The notes: a model not told the origin generated them from the sequence alone. Counted from the first letter of the stretch, positions 27,090-36,162 are shown. The stretch is 64,000 bases of DNA from an uncultured Alphaproteobacteria bacterium (GCA_944391715.1 CALXUP010000006.1:1895-65894), one strand, 5' to 3'. Numbers and translations are program-made.

Positions 27090-27250
27090 AAATGCTACAT
27101 TGTTCTCAGATTGTTCTGAGGGCCAGAAAATCACGCAGTGGTGTCCACTGGTTTGTTAGTGTAGATATATGATGGAGAAGCGCGTGTCCATCCAGTGCAA
27201 TTTAGAAAAGCCGGGATATGACGATATCCCGGCTCTGTTTTCAGAATACA
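27090..27250. repeat. direct repeat R2 (partner of 26161-26350)
   Basis: See R1. Includes the hairpin ctcagattgttctgag and the palindrome gagccgggatatgacgatatcccggctc + TTTT. Confidence 0.55.
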
Positions 27251-27301
27251 AAAAAGCAGGCGGAGATATCTCTGCCTGCGGTTAAAACAAAAAAATTCCG
27301 T

Positions 27302-29221
27302 TCAGAATTCTTTTACAAATCCGGAAGAGATATTTCCGGGGTTGTCAGAGAAAGGCGCCAAAGCGGCATTTTTCTCCGGCATTTTTTCAAGCTGGGCGGT
27401 TTTCAACCTTGCCTGCATTTCCATTTCTTTATTGGTCATATAGAGTTTGTTTTGCTCAACCCACTCTTTTAACTGCAATTCGCGGGCTTTTAAGTTGTTT
27501 TTCTCCCGTTCCAGCTGATATTGCGCCGCGGCTTTTTCCCGCTCCAGAGTCAGAGCCTCGTTCGGCTTTTGCGGCAGAGTTTCGTCCGGCTTATTCAGCT
27601 CCCGTTCAATATCGTTAAAAACTTTTTCAACCGTTGCCGTAAACTGGCGGGATTTCGGCATTGTTACCACAACAGACATTATCATCTGGCGGTACAACGG
27701 CAACAGCAGCGGCTGGCTTGATACGGTTTGAAAAGCTTTTGCAATCAGCTCATTTATGGTGTTTATGCCTTCCAGCGTTTTTGCGGCTTCCTGCGCCTGC
27801 TGAAAAGCAACGTCGGTTTCCACACCCAGCACCATACCGCGCAAGTTGTCGGTTTTTAACAGCCGGACGGCATCTTTGGCCAGCGCCGTATTTTGCCGTT
27901 CTTCCGGCGGCAAAAATCCCAGCAGCGTTTCTTCCGAAAAACAACGGCAGATAATTTCCGCCTTAATCCTGAACACATCCCCGATAAAGCGCTGCATATC
28001 ATTTTGGCGATCCTGATTGCGCAAAGTGCCGAAATTGGTCTTTTCACGGACGGCCGTTGCCGTATCGCCGGGATTGGAGCTACCGCGCATAATATCCGAT
28101 ACGCCGGTTACATCAAAAATCTTGGCAATAATATCCTGTCTTCTGGCCGCCAGTTGTTCCAGAGCCGTTACATACTGCTCAACCGGAACAAAGTCTATAA
28201 TCCCGCGAATGCCGCCATTGTCTTTGAGTTTTTGAAAATCATTGAGCGATACAAGCGTTATGTCCTTATTCAGGATGCTCTTTAACTCGGGAAAAGAATT
28301 GTCATAACAGCCGGAGACTTTCAGCGCTTTCATCGTCAAGCGCATCCGGTTGTTGATGCCGTCCAGCTCAGAAAGCATTTCTTTAATCATCGAATAGTCC
28401 GGCGTCGGGATAATGCTGTTATTGGTCATGGTGGCAAAAACCGGTTTCGGACACGGGAAAAAGCCTTTCAGCCCGAAAGGATCGTTTGCGACTTTTAAAA
28501 ATCCGTTTTTATATTCTTTACAGAGCCAATAGACTTTTCGCGCCGTCTTGTCCCAGACTTCATAAATACAAACGTCTTTTTTGGCATAGTCTTTTTCATC
28601 GGGGCGGATTATAAACGGCGCCAGATGTTCGCCGAACAATTCAACCGCTTCCGTCTTGCCCATATGAATCCTTTTGGCAATCCAGGCTGCGTCTTCCCAA
28701 ATGCCGACTCTATCACAATCGGCAATAAAATCGGCCGGATCGACATAAACGGTTTCTACCCTTTCTCCGACTTTGACCTCAATTTCTTTTTCGGGATTTT
28801 CGCTGTCCGGCAAGCTCCGGAACTCCGGAATATACTGCTCCCAGACAAGCCCCATGCCTGATATCAGAAAATCGTTGCGGGCATATTTTAATACGCTGTC
28901 AAAATCAAATTGTTCCATATTCCAGGCCAGTGCCTTTTCCAAAATCCGGCAAGCCAGTGTTTCTGCCGGATCGGCGTTTTTGTTGCGGCGTTCAATGTAG
29001 GGCTTGGGCTGCTTGAAATATAAAAAGGGTTTTAACGTTTCGACCGTCGACCAAAAGATATTGTAACGGCCGGCACGGGCTATGTCAGAAGTTTGGTCTT
29101 TATAATAATTTCTGGTTTCGGCCACCAGGCGGTGGTATTTTTCATAATGCCGTTCCGCCGCGGACAGCCGCTCTATCCAGGTTTCGACTTCGTTTTTATA
29201 TACGGGGATTATATTATTCAT
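27302..29221 (-). CDS. portal protein
   Basis: 639 aa. Sits immediately after the terminase/GroES-like genes and before the scaffold and capsid genes. Size and acidic-helical C-terminus are typical of podovirus portals. Confidence 0.65.
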   Translation of the reverse strand: MNNIIPVYKNEVETWIERLSAAERHYEKYHRLVAETRNYYKDQTSDIARAGRYNIFWSTVETLKPFLYFKQPKPYIERRNKNADPAETLACRILEKALAWNMEQFDFDSVLKYARNDFLISGMGLVWEQYIPEFRSLPDSENPEKEIEVKVGERVETVYVDPADFIADCDRVGIWEDAAWIAKRIHMGKTEAVELFGEHLAPFIIRPDEKDYAKKDVCIYEVWDKTARKVYWLCKEYKNGFLKVANDPFGLKGFFPCPKPVFATMTNNSIIPTPDYSMIKEMLSELDGINNRMRLTMKALKVSGCYDNSFPELKSILNKDITLVSLNDFQKLKDNGGIRGIIDFVPVEQYVTALEQLAARRQDIIAKIFDVTGVSDIMRGSSNPGDTATAVREKTNFGTLRNQDRQNDMQRFIGDVFRIKAEIICRCFSEETLLGFLPPEERQNTALAKDAVRLLKTDNLRGMVLGVETDVAFQQAQEAAKTLEGINTINELIAKAFQTVSSQPLLLPLYRQMIMSVVVTMPKSRQFTATVEKVFNDIERELNKPDETLPQKPNEALTLEREKAAAQYQLEREKNNLKARELQLKEWVEQNKLYMTNKEMEMQARLKTAQLEKMPEKNAALAPFSDNPGNISSGFVKEF

Positions 29222-29474
29222 CTGTTATTACTCCTAAAATGCTGTTTTCCCGAACGACAACGACATCAGAATCATATGTCGGCAATTCATCAAAAACATG
29301 AAACAAAACTTTGTCTCCCGGTTTGACGCCGGAAACCTGCGGCCCGACGCTTTCGACCGTTCCAATCGTCCGCCGGTGCTCAAAATCGTCGGTCAGGATT
29401 ATTCCGCCGGTTGTTTGTTTTTCGACCGGTTTCAGGCGGATAAAAACCCGGTCCATGACGGCATGTGCAATCAT
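29214..29474 (-). CDS. phage-encoded GroES/Cpn10-like co-chaperonin
   Basis: 86 aa from MIAHAVMDRVFIRLKPVEKQTTGGIILTDDFEHRRTIGTVESVGPQVSGVKPGDKVLFHVFDELPTYDSDVVVVRENSILGVITDE. This aligns with the GroES pattern (DRVLVKR..EEKTAGGIVLP...GxVVAVGPG...VKVGDKVLF......ILxxDIL.VI). RBS ggagaaac. Confidence 0.6.
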   Translation of the reverse strand: MIAHAVMDRVFIRLKPVEKQTTGGIILTDDFEHRRTIGTVESVGPQVSGVKPGDKVLFHVFDELPTYDSDVVVVRENSILGVITDE

Positions 29475-29480
29475 GAAGTT

Positions 29481-29575
29481 TCTCCTTATCTTGTTTGGGG
29501 TTATAAAAAAATCCCGCCGGGAAAATTGCACAGCGGGATAAGCAAAAGTATTGAAGCTATTTTTCGGGAGCTTTA
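29481..29575. repeat. direct repeat D1 (copy of the terminase-downstream terminator+RBS region)
   Basis: ~95 bp nearly identical to 30906-30999: tctccttatcttgtttggggttataaaaaaatcccgccgggaaaattgcacagcgggataagcaaaagtattgaagctattttt. Confidence 0.6.
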
Positions 29576-29599
29576 CATAAACGGCGGACAATAAGCTGT

Positions 29600-30094
29600 T
29601 TAATGCTCATTTTCTGCCAAAATAATCATTATTATAAAGGCCAGCAAAGGCAGGCTTAGTACCAGACTTCCCATTCCGGCATTATATAATATGTTCCAAG
29701 TAACAGAAATTTGATTACTGATTGTTTTCATCATCAAAATGGCATAATAAGCAATCAGCCAAAGCAGATATTCAACGACCATAAAACGGCCGGTTTTTGA
29801 GATTTTCCAGAGTTTCGTTCCGATCTCCCGCAACAGCCAATATAACGGTATTGCCAAAAGGTAAATTCCGAAAACGGCACCGGCCGTTAGGCGGCAAGGC
29901 ACTCCGAGCCAATACCAATTGAACCAGCTTTGAAAGTTTATTTTTCCGACTATATCATCTTGCTGCCATAGGTATATGTCACATTGTGCTCCTTGCGTAT
30001 TATGGTTGATTACAACAGCGCCAATGCAAAAGATCAGACTTAAACAGACCATACTGGCAAAGATATATAAAAATTTTGGCCAAACACGAAACAT
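29600..30094 (-). CDS. 4-TM membrane protein, AT-rich moron
   Basis: 164 aa, very hydrophobic, AT-rich codon usage unlike the surrounding phage genes. Confidence 0.5.
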   Translation of the reverse strand: MFRVWPKFLYIFASMVCLSLIFCIGAVVINHNTQGAQCDIYLWQQDDIVGKINFQSWFNWYWLGVPCRLTAGAVFGIYLLAIPLYWLLREIGTKLWKISKTGRFMVVEYLLWLIAYYAILMMKTISNQISVTWNILYNAGMGSLVLSLPLLAFIIMIILAENEH

Positions 30095-30282
30095 TATTTT
30101 TGCTTTTTGTTATAAATATTATGACTTTCCTTAGAACTTTCTTTTCCTTTATTTACCATTATAATATTTTCCATATTTATTAAAATATTGTAACTTTATA
30201 AAAGGATGGTTGCTTTTATTATTTGACACTAAATTTAAAGTTTTTTATTATTAAGTACAAGATATAAAAGACGGGTTCTTCC

Positions 30283-30867
30283 ATGTTAAGTGTATTAAAA
30301 GACGCTATTGTTTTATTTCTGAGAAAAATAGACATTTTTATTGTATTTATTACACCGGTATTTTTAATAAATATTTTTCTCTTGCCCTCATCGATAAAAA
30401 TCCTGCTTAATGCCTTTGCTTATTGTATAACGTCTTTAAGTATATATCTTTATCTTTTGCATAACGATCTTTGTTTACGCTTTTTCTCTTTTCGGTTGTT
30501 TTTCTCTTATTTTTTGGCAGATTCTGCCATTGCCGCCGGTTATTTTATTTTGGTTTTTATTATTCAATTAATACCAATTTCCACAATCTGGCAGGTTTTA
30601 TGCGTCTATCTGCTAGGCTTATATTTTCTATGTCGCTTAAGTTTAATTCCGGCCTTGATTGCCGCTCAAAAAACGATATCGATACAAGATATTTTATTCA
30701 AAAACAAAAACAGTTATTTTCAATGGATGTCAGCGGCCACGGTTCTCTATCTTCCGTTTTTTCTGAGCAGGGTATTTATTCCTGAGGGAATTTCTCTTGC
30801 TTTTATAACATCATTACAAACTCCACTTTTATGTTGTTTTTATGTTTGTTATCTTAAAAAGCATTAA
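30283..30867 (+). CDS. polytopic membrane protein, AT-rich moron (divergent from 29600..30094)
   Basis: 194 aa, 5-6 TM, on the strand opposite the phage operon. Shares a 190 bp AT-rich intergenic region with its divergent partner. Confidence 0.5.
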   Translation: MLSVLKDAIVLFLRKIDIFIVFITPVFLINIFLLPSSIKILLNAFAYCITSLSIYLYLLHNDLCLRFFSFRLFFSYFLADSAIAAGYFILVFIIQLIPISTIWQVLCVYLLGLYFLCRLSLIPALIAAQKTISIQDILFKNKNSYFQWMSAATVLYLPFFLSRVFIPEGISLAFITSLQTPLLCCFYVCYLKKH

Positions 30868-30905
30868 TTAATTCCATATACTGTTTCATTTTGTGCATTT
30901 CCTTT

Positions 30906-30999
30906 CTCCTTATCTTGTTTGGGGTTATAAAAAAAATCCCGCCGGGAAATTGCACAGCGGGATAAGCAAAAGTATTGAAGCTATTTTTTGAGGGTTTTA
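30906..30999. repeat. direct repeat D2 (native terminator + RBS region immediately 3' of terL)
   Basis: Contains the hairpin atcccgctg..cggcgggat + T-run and RBS aaggagaaagg. See D1. Confidence 0.6.
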
Positions 31000-32346
31000 C
31001 CAGCCGGAATTATCTTTTTCACCAGCGGCGAGGGCAAACATTTCTTCTATTGAGACCTTGCCGTTGCCGTATAATTTCGGTTCACCGCAATCATAAACCG
31101 GTTCGGCAAAGGTTAATGCCAAAGCATCTCCTTTGTCCGGAGAGCGTCCAAGACGCTTTTTGACCTCATCTTTTTCTTCCATTTGCAACCTTCCTTTCCG
31201 GTCATATTTCTTATTGACCGCAGTTAAATCGTTAAACAGTTCTTCATCTTCGGGAAGCTGGACTGGCGGCTGAGATTTGAGCCACTGATTGACGCTGTCC
31301 CACATTTCGGCGCGCCGGTTGAAATAACGCTCTTCGTTAATTGCTTTTTCGCCAAAATAAATCCCGCGGATAATCTCCCCAAAACCGCGGTCTTTTAAAA
31401 TGTCATATACGCCGGCGCCCTGCCCACCGATATCCATAAAAATCCGGTACGGGCGGCATTCTTTGATAAAACGGGTTGCCAGATTGGCCACACCGACGTT
31501 GTCTTGTTTATAATAACTCTCAAAGCGGTAACACCACCGGCCTTTGCGAAAGCAAAAAGAAGTTGCGTCATCGCCGAATCTGGCAATATCCAATCCGATA
31601 ATCAGCGGCGAGGTACTCCCGTTCATTTTGGCTTCAAAAGCCCGGCGGACGTCGGTTCCGGAAATCAGCCTGGTATTGCTCTGCACGATCGGGGCGCCGA
31701 GCCAGATATGCGCATAGTCATCGGGTGAGTTTTTCCGGCATTTTTCGGCCTGATATTTGATTTCTTCCGGACAAAACGGGTTATCGTAATAATTGACGCA
31801 GCGGACAAGCGTTCTTTCATCGGGATTGGCGGCAACGGCCATCCACAAAGGATCGTTTTCTTCTTCACGGTTCATGGAAATCCAGATTTCGGAACCGTCT
31901 TTGCGAATCGTCGGCTCCAAAATCTCCCAGCTTTTTTTGCTGATGGTTTGCGCCTCTTCAATCCAGGCAATGTCCACACCTTCCAGGGATTTTATTTTCT
32001 GGCTGTCCTGATCGCGCAGGCCTTTGAAGATAAACTTTGTGCCGGTGATTGTGTTTTCTATTTTGGTTTCATAAATTTTATAATCGCCCAGAGAATAAAA
32101 AGAAATCCGGTCGCACAGAAGTTTGTGGACCGAATCTTTGATTGATTCCTGAATCTCCCTCAGGCAGGCGATAAAAAGCTTTTTCTGCCGCCCCAAAAAC
32201 AGCAGGCTGTCGGCAAAAGCATAAGATTTTCCGCCGGCACGTCCGCCGTAATAAAACTTAATCCGCTTTTTCTCGGTCATCAGCGGCGCAAACACCCGGG
32301 CCATCTCGGCACATTTGGTCTTGGGTTTGGCGTTTGTTTTTCTCAT
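30997..32346 (-). CDS. terL: terminase large subunit (PBSX/Terminase_3-like)
   Basis: 449 aa. Walker A-like YYGGRAGGKSYAFA, then GVDIAWIEEAQ (Walker B/coupling) and a nuclease C-terminus. The true start may be an internal Met (32304 or 32280) overlapping terS. Confidence 0.85.
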   Translation of the reverse strand: MRKTNAKPKTKCAEMARVFAPLMTEKKRIKFYYGGRAGGKSYAFADSLLFLGRQKKLFIACLREIQESIKDSVHKLLCDRISFYSLGDYKIYETKIENTITGTKFIFKGLRDQDSQKIKSLEGVDIAWIEEAQTISKKSWEILEPTIRKDGSEIWISMNREEENDPLWMAVAANPDERTLVRCVNYYDNPFCPEEIKYQAEKCRKNSPDDYAHIWLGAPIVQSNTRLISGTDVRRAFEAKMNGSTSPLIIGLDIARFGDDATSFCFRKGRWCYRFESYYKQDNVGVANLATRFIKECRPYRIFMDIGGQGAGVYDILKDRGFGEIIRGIYFGEKAINEERYFNRRAEMWDSVNQWLKSQPPVQLPEDEELFNDLTAVNKKYDRKGRLQMEEKDEVKKRLGRSPDKGDALALTFAEPVYDCGEPKLYGNGKVSIEEMFALAAGEKDNSGW

Positions 32347-32563
32347 ATCTTTCCTCTAAATTATCTACAAATTTTACCAATATCCGGGCAATGTCCGGTT
32401 CTTCTTCCGTTTTTTTGTTTTCGGCATAGAGGCCGGCAAGCTTGCCTTTTAACTCTATGGCCTTGAGCATGGAAGTCAGCTGTCCGGCTTCGCGCGCCAG
32501 AAAGATTACCTCGTCGAGTTCGGCAAAACTGTCTTCCCGGGCATAAGTTTTTCTTTTGGGCAT
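32258..32563 (-). CDS. terS: terminase small subunit candidate
   Basis: ~101 aa from MPKRKTYAREDSF.... Overlaps the terL start. Helical, basic N-terminus. Confidence 0.45.
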   Translation of the reverse strand: MPKRKTYAREDSFAELDEVIFLAREAGQLTSMLKAIELKGKLAGLYAENKKTEEEPDIARILVKFVDNLEERYEKNKRQTQDQMCRDGPGVCAADDREKAD

Positions 32564-32769
32564 GACTTTCTCCAAAAGCAAAGCTCCCCGCGGATACGGA
32601 GAGCTTTGGCTTGTTATAACAAGAAAAGAAACAATGGATTATGATAACAAAACGGTGGTGAGCGCCTGCCTCTGCCTACACTTCACCACCATAACAAAAT
32701 TTCTATCACGCGGTGTCACCGATGTCAATTAAGCCCTCTAAAGTTATCAACAACTTATTTCATATTTGG

Positions 32770-33063
32770 TTATTTTATCCAGATATCCCGGGAGAGCAAA
32801 TCGGTGTGCAGGCGGGTCAGATTTTCTTTGAGCCGGTTGTTGTCATTTGCCTGCAACAGCTCGAGAGTCAGTAATGTCTCCCGACTGACGCTCAGGCAGC
32901 GGGTTAAAAGTTTTTCGGTCAGGCATAAGGTGATATAAGCTTTTTGAGCCTGAGGCAGATGTCGGGCGGCATTTTTCATATCGTTAATCAGTTCTTGCAG
33001 GCCACGGCGGATTTCTTCGGGTTTTCTGCCCGAGTGTTTTTCTTTAACAGCAGTCTTCGTCAT
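32770..33063 (-). CDS. hypothetical phage protein
   Basis: 97 aa, helical. No motif. Confidence 0.35.
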   Translation of the reverse strand: MTKTAVKEKHSGRKPEEIRRGLQELINDMKNAARHLPQAQKAYITLCLTEKLLTRCLSVSRETLLTLELLQANDNNRLKENLTRLHTDLLSRDIWIK

Positions 33064-33162
33064 TTGTCAGTCCTTATTATGAATTGTTTGACATGATATT
33101 AATTTCATATCAAACAAAAGAGAAGACGCTATTTTTATATAATGCACGACCATTATATATTT

Positions 33163-33181
33163 TGGGGAGGGGCTCCCTCCC
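33163..33181. terminator. bidirectional terminator-like hairpin
   Basis: ggggaggg-gctc-cctcccc perfect stem. Confidence 0.4.
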
Positions 33182-33189
33182 CTGAGATA

Positions 33190-33870
33190 TTATTTAAGTT
33201 TCTTTTTAATTGTCAGTGCATCTTCATTTATTTTATATCTAATTTTTTCTAATGCTTGTTTTATATTGTCTGCAGCAACTTTTCTCCATATATTTGTTTC
33301 ATTATACCCCCAATACATTGCAATAAAGTCGGAATTTACAACATTTTCTGTATATTTAGCAATTAACTCCTTTTTATTGTTCCATATTTCTACCTGTACT
33401 TCTAGGGATTGTGTTATTTCATTTACCGGAAAGCCTAAAATGTTAATTGTAAATAAGGAGAGCATAGAGGGTAATATATAAAAAATTGAGGTATCATTTC
33501 CCCGATACCCTAATTTCAGTGCAACATATCCCTTTTTCTCTCCATAAGGTGAAGAAATATTCTCTTTTACTTCTTTTTCAAAAATGTTTATAACATCGTT
33601 GACTCGTGCATCTTTATAAGACGTTCCATTTACTACGGTTGTTTGTGCCCATCCGGCCCAAGGATTTGCTCCGTATCCTGTACCATAATTATTAGCAATA
33701 CCTTGATAGCCCCCTGATGAATATACAGATTCTAAATTATTCATATCTACAACAGTGATTAACGCTGGCAATAAATTACTATTTGGTTTAATTTCTGGAT
33801 TAACATCATTATAACTTATTGATTTGCAAGCAGTTAGCATTATAAAAGATATTAGTAAAAACTTTTTCAT
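33190..33870 (-). CDS. lipoprotein, AT-rich moron
   Basis: RBS caggagaat + ATG. MKKFLLISFIMLTACKS with lipobox LTAC. ~226 aa, N/Y/G-rich. Confidence 0.6.
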   Translation of the reverse strand: MKKFLLISFIMLTACKSISYNDVNPEIKPNSNLLPALITVVDMNNLESVYSSGGYQGIANNYGTGYGANPWAGWAQTTVVNGTSYKDARVNDVINIFEKEVKENISSPYGEKKGYVALKLGYRGNDTSIFYILPSMLSLFTINILGFPVNEITQSLEVQVEIWNNKKELIAKYTENVVNSDFIAMYWGYNETNIWRKVAADNIKQALEKIRYKINEDALTIKKKLK

Positions 33871-34146
33871 AATATTCTCCTGACAAATTAACAAAAAACC
33901 ACCTTGATGAGAGGTGGCAGGAAGTTGAAAGCTATTTTCAGGAAATAGTGTAGTATATTTGTTAGATATAACGTATTTTACTACCTTCCTGCCATAAGGC
34001 AAAAAGGTAGTTTTTACATCTGCTCATGCAGAAAACCTGAAAAGGGGCTTTCAAACCCCGCATTGGTAATCAACCAATGCAAAAACTAAGCTATGCGAAA
34101 TGCCCCCGGAAGTCAAATAAAAAATGTTTTATAAAAATAGATATAA

Positions 34147-34767
34147 TTAAACTGCTTTGTTTTTTTCTTTTTTGCGGCGAAGGTAGTGTTCTATCAGGCG
34201 GTCGAGGCCGCGGCACAGGTCAACCTTGGCGGCATAAGTCCGATAGGCCTGCTGGCGTTTGCTTTCGCCGTTATCATTATCAAAAAGCTCTTTATCCTCA
34301 ATGCACACGCGTCTGACGCTGGGCCAAAATTCGTGCGGGATACTCATCATGGCCTGCTGATAACGGGTGCGCGCGTCCAATACATTGTCCAGCAAAGTGA
34401 AATCGCCGCAAATTTCCGGCGTTATTTTTCCCAGCTCAACGGCCTTGCAATCCGAAAACTGAGAAAGACGAAAATCCCGATGCAGCCGTTCCGCCACCCG
34501 AATCCGGTCTTCCGCCGTATACCGCTTGTCGCCCATATCAAGCCAGCCGGCATCCGCATAACGATATAAAACGCCGCCGCGGCCGGAAACCGGCTGTCGA
34601 CAGACGACATCACCGGCCTGAGGTTCCGATATTTGGAGTTTGGCTGCTCGTAGTTTTTTTCCAAGGCCTTTTTTCGACACTGAAACGGTTATGGCGTAAT
34701 TATGCGCCGGATTTTCTGACGGAAAATTATCATTATCAGCGGAACGCCATCCTAAAATCTTTGGCAT
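34147..34767 (-). CDS. hypothetical early-region protein, divergent from the repressor gene
   Basis: 206 aa, normal GC. No recombinase or Cro-like motif. Confidence 0.45.
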   Translation of the reverse strand: MPKILGWRSADNDNFPSENPAHNYAITVSVSKKGLGKKLRAAKLQISEPQAGDVVCRQPVSGRGGVLYRYADAGWLDMGDKRYTAEDRIRVAERLHRDFRLSQFSDCKAVELGKITPEICGDFTLLDNVLDARTRYQQAMMSIPHEFWPSVRRVCIEDKELFDNDNGESKRQQAYRTYAAKVDLCRGLDRLIEHYLRRKKEKNKAV

Positions 34768-34782
34768 TGTGCCCTCCTTGTT

Positions 34783-34809
34783 TAATAGAATAATATTCTT
34801 TAATAGAAT
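34783..34809. promoter_or_regulatory. putative repressor operator sites in the divergent promoter region
   Basis: aatagaataatattctttaatagaatt contains the palindrome agaataatattct (34786-34798) and a repeated TAATAGAAT half-site. A further tcaagaataataaa lies downstream. Confidence 0.45.
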
Positions 34810-34900
34810 TGAAAGTCAAGAATAATAAAATCTTATCCAGAATATTTTTTACTCTTGAAATTTATTCTTTTATTGAATATACTGTCAGCAGGAGAAAAAA

Positions 34901-35536
34901 ATGAACAATATTAAAAATCTGCGCAAAATGCATCATAAAACCGTTACACAGCTTGCCGAGGCCGTTGGCGTTACCCAATCGACCATGACCAAAATCGAGA
35001 ACGGCAATATTTCCCTCAAAAGCGAAATGGCACAAAAAATTGCCGATTTGTTCGGTACAACGCTTGATAATGTCGTAAAATCCGAATTCGGACAGGTTTC
35101 GCCCTATGCATTCAGTCCGGCGGGCGTTTCGATGATTGAAATTATTGACGCGCGGGAATCCGTTGCCGAAAACAGTAATATCCTGACGCCGAAAGTTATC
35201 GGGCATCAGCTAGCAAATATTAATCTTTTTCCTCAACTTAAAAACATATCCCCCGATAAAATAAAGATTTTATCAATTTACGGAGACAGTATGCAGCCGA
35301 CAATCAATGACCAGGACGTTATCTGGGTGGATATCTCGGTTACCTCTCCGGAAAGCGACGGGCTTTATCTTTTCTGCATCCGGCAAGAGCTGCTGGTTAA
35401 GCGCATTCGCTTTGATATTTTTAACAATTCCGCGCTGATTTCTTCCGATAATCCGCTTTATCCGCCGCTGTCAGTCAATAATCCGGATCAGATAAAGGTG
35501 TGTGGAAAAGTAATTGCAGTTACGAAATTTATGTAA
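34901..35536 (+). CDS. cI: CI-like phage repressor (HTH_XRE N-terminus + S24 LexA-type peptidase C-terminus)
   Basis: 211 aa. The HTH region MNNIKNLRKMHHKTVTQLAEAVGVTQSTMTKIENGNISLKSEMAQKIADLFG is HTH_XRE-like. C-terminal S24 domain with a Ser in GDSMQPTI and a Lys in LVKRI. Confidence 0.8.
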   Translation: MNNIKNLRKMHHKTVTQLAEAVGVTQSTMTKIENGNISLKSEMAQKIADLFGTTLDNVVKSEFGQVSPYAFSPAGVSMIEIIDARESVAENSNILTPKVIGHQLANINLFPQLKNISPDKIKILSIYGDSMQPTINDQDVIWVDISVTSPESDGLYLFCIRQELLVKRIRFDIFNNSALISSDNPLYPPLSVNNPDQIKVCGKVIAVTKFM

Positions 35537-35551
35537 TGCATTAATTTAATA

Positions 35552-35797
35552 TTATATCTTTTTGTTATTAGATAAATTTCTTTTAGTGCAGAGATAAGTG
35601 CGGTGTTCATTGATCAAGCCGTCGCGCTCGTAGAAATGCACATATTCTTCCAACACGCCCAAAGACAGCAATCGCTTGATATAACACATAAAATTTCCCT
35701 GCCCGCGGAAACGGCTGCGGCGATAGGCTTGCTCAAAAGTGCGTTTTTGCCGGAAAAGGCGGCAGACTTCCTGTTCGGTTTTAGTCAGCGTTATCAT
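35552..35797 (-). CDS. hypothetical small early protein
   Basis: ~81 aa from MITLTKTEQEVCRLF... An upstream 48-aa ORF (35790-35935) overlaps it. Confidence 0.3.
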   Translation of the reverse strand: MITLTKTEQEVCRLFRQKRTFEQAYRRSRFRGQGNFMCYIKRLLSLGVLEEYVHFYERDGLINEHRTYLCTKRNLSNNKKI

Positions 35798-35913
35798 CGT
35801 TTTTCTCCGGTTTGGGCGGGTTATTGTCGTTATCGGCCCGAAGCACTGAACGGCGCGGCAGGAGATGCGGTCCGAAAATGCGCTCAAAGCTTTGCAGCTG
35901 CAATTTCAACAAA

Positions 35914-36162
35914 TCAAGTTCTTTCATTTTGCAAATCCTCTTCTATCCGGCTGGTGTAATATTGAATGGTCTGAAGCGATAAAAAGGGTTTGATGTCGAT
36001 TTCGTTATAAAAAACGTGGCGGATATATACTTCCCTGCTGCCGGAGAATTTCAGGAAATCAATTTCAACAGGAATTTCCGACGTCGTCTCAGAAGAAATT
36101 TTCAGGCGGCTCAGCAATTCTTTGTCCTGTTTATTGAACTGATATATATTCCAAATTTTCAT
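35914..36162 (-). CDS. hypothetical small early protein
   Basis: 82 aa; stop overlaps the next small ORF (ATGA). Confidence 0.3.
   Translation of the reverse strand: MKIWNIYQFNKQDKELLSRLKISSETTSEIPVEIDFLKFSGSREVYIRHVFYNEIDIKPFLSLQTIQYYTSRIEEDLQNERT

Noticed and set aside
34147-34767. Candidate integrase or Cro next to the repressor gene
   Set aside because: 206 aa with no R..HxxR..Y tyrosine-recombinase motifs or serine-recombinase N-terminus. Too long and not HTH-like for Cro. Left as hypothetical.
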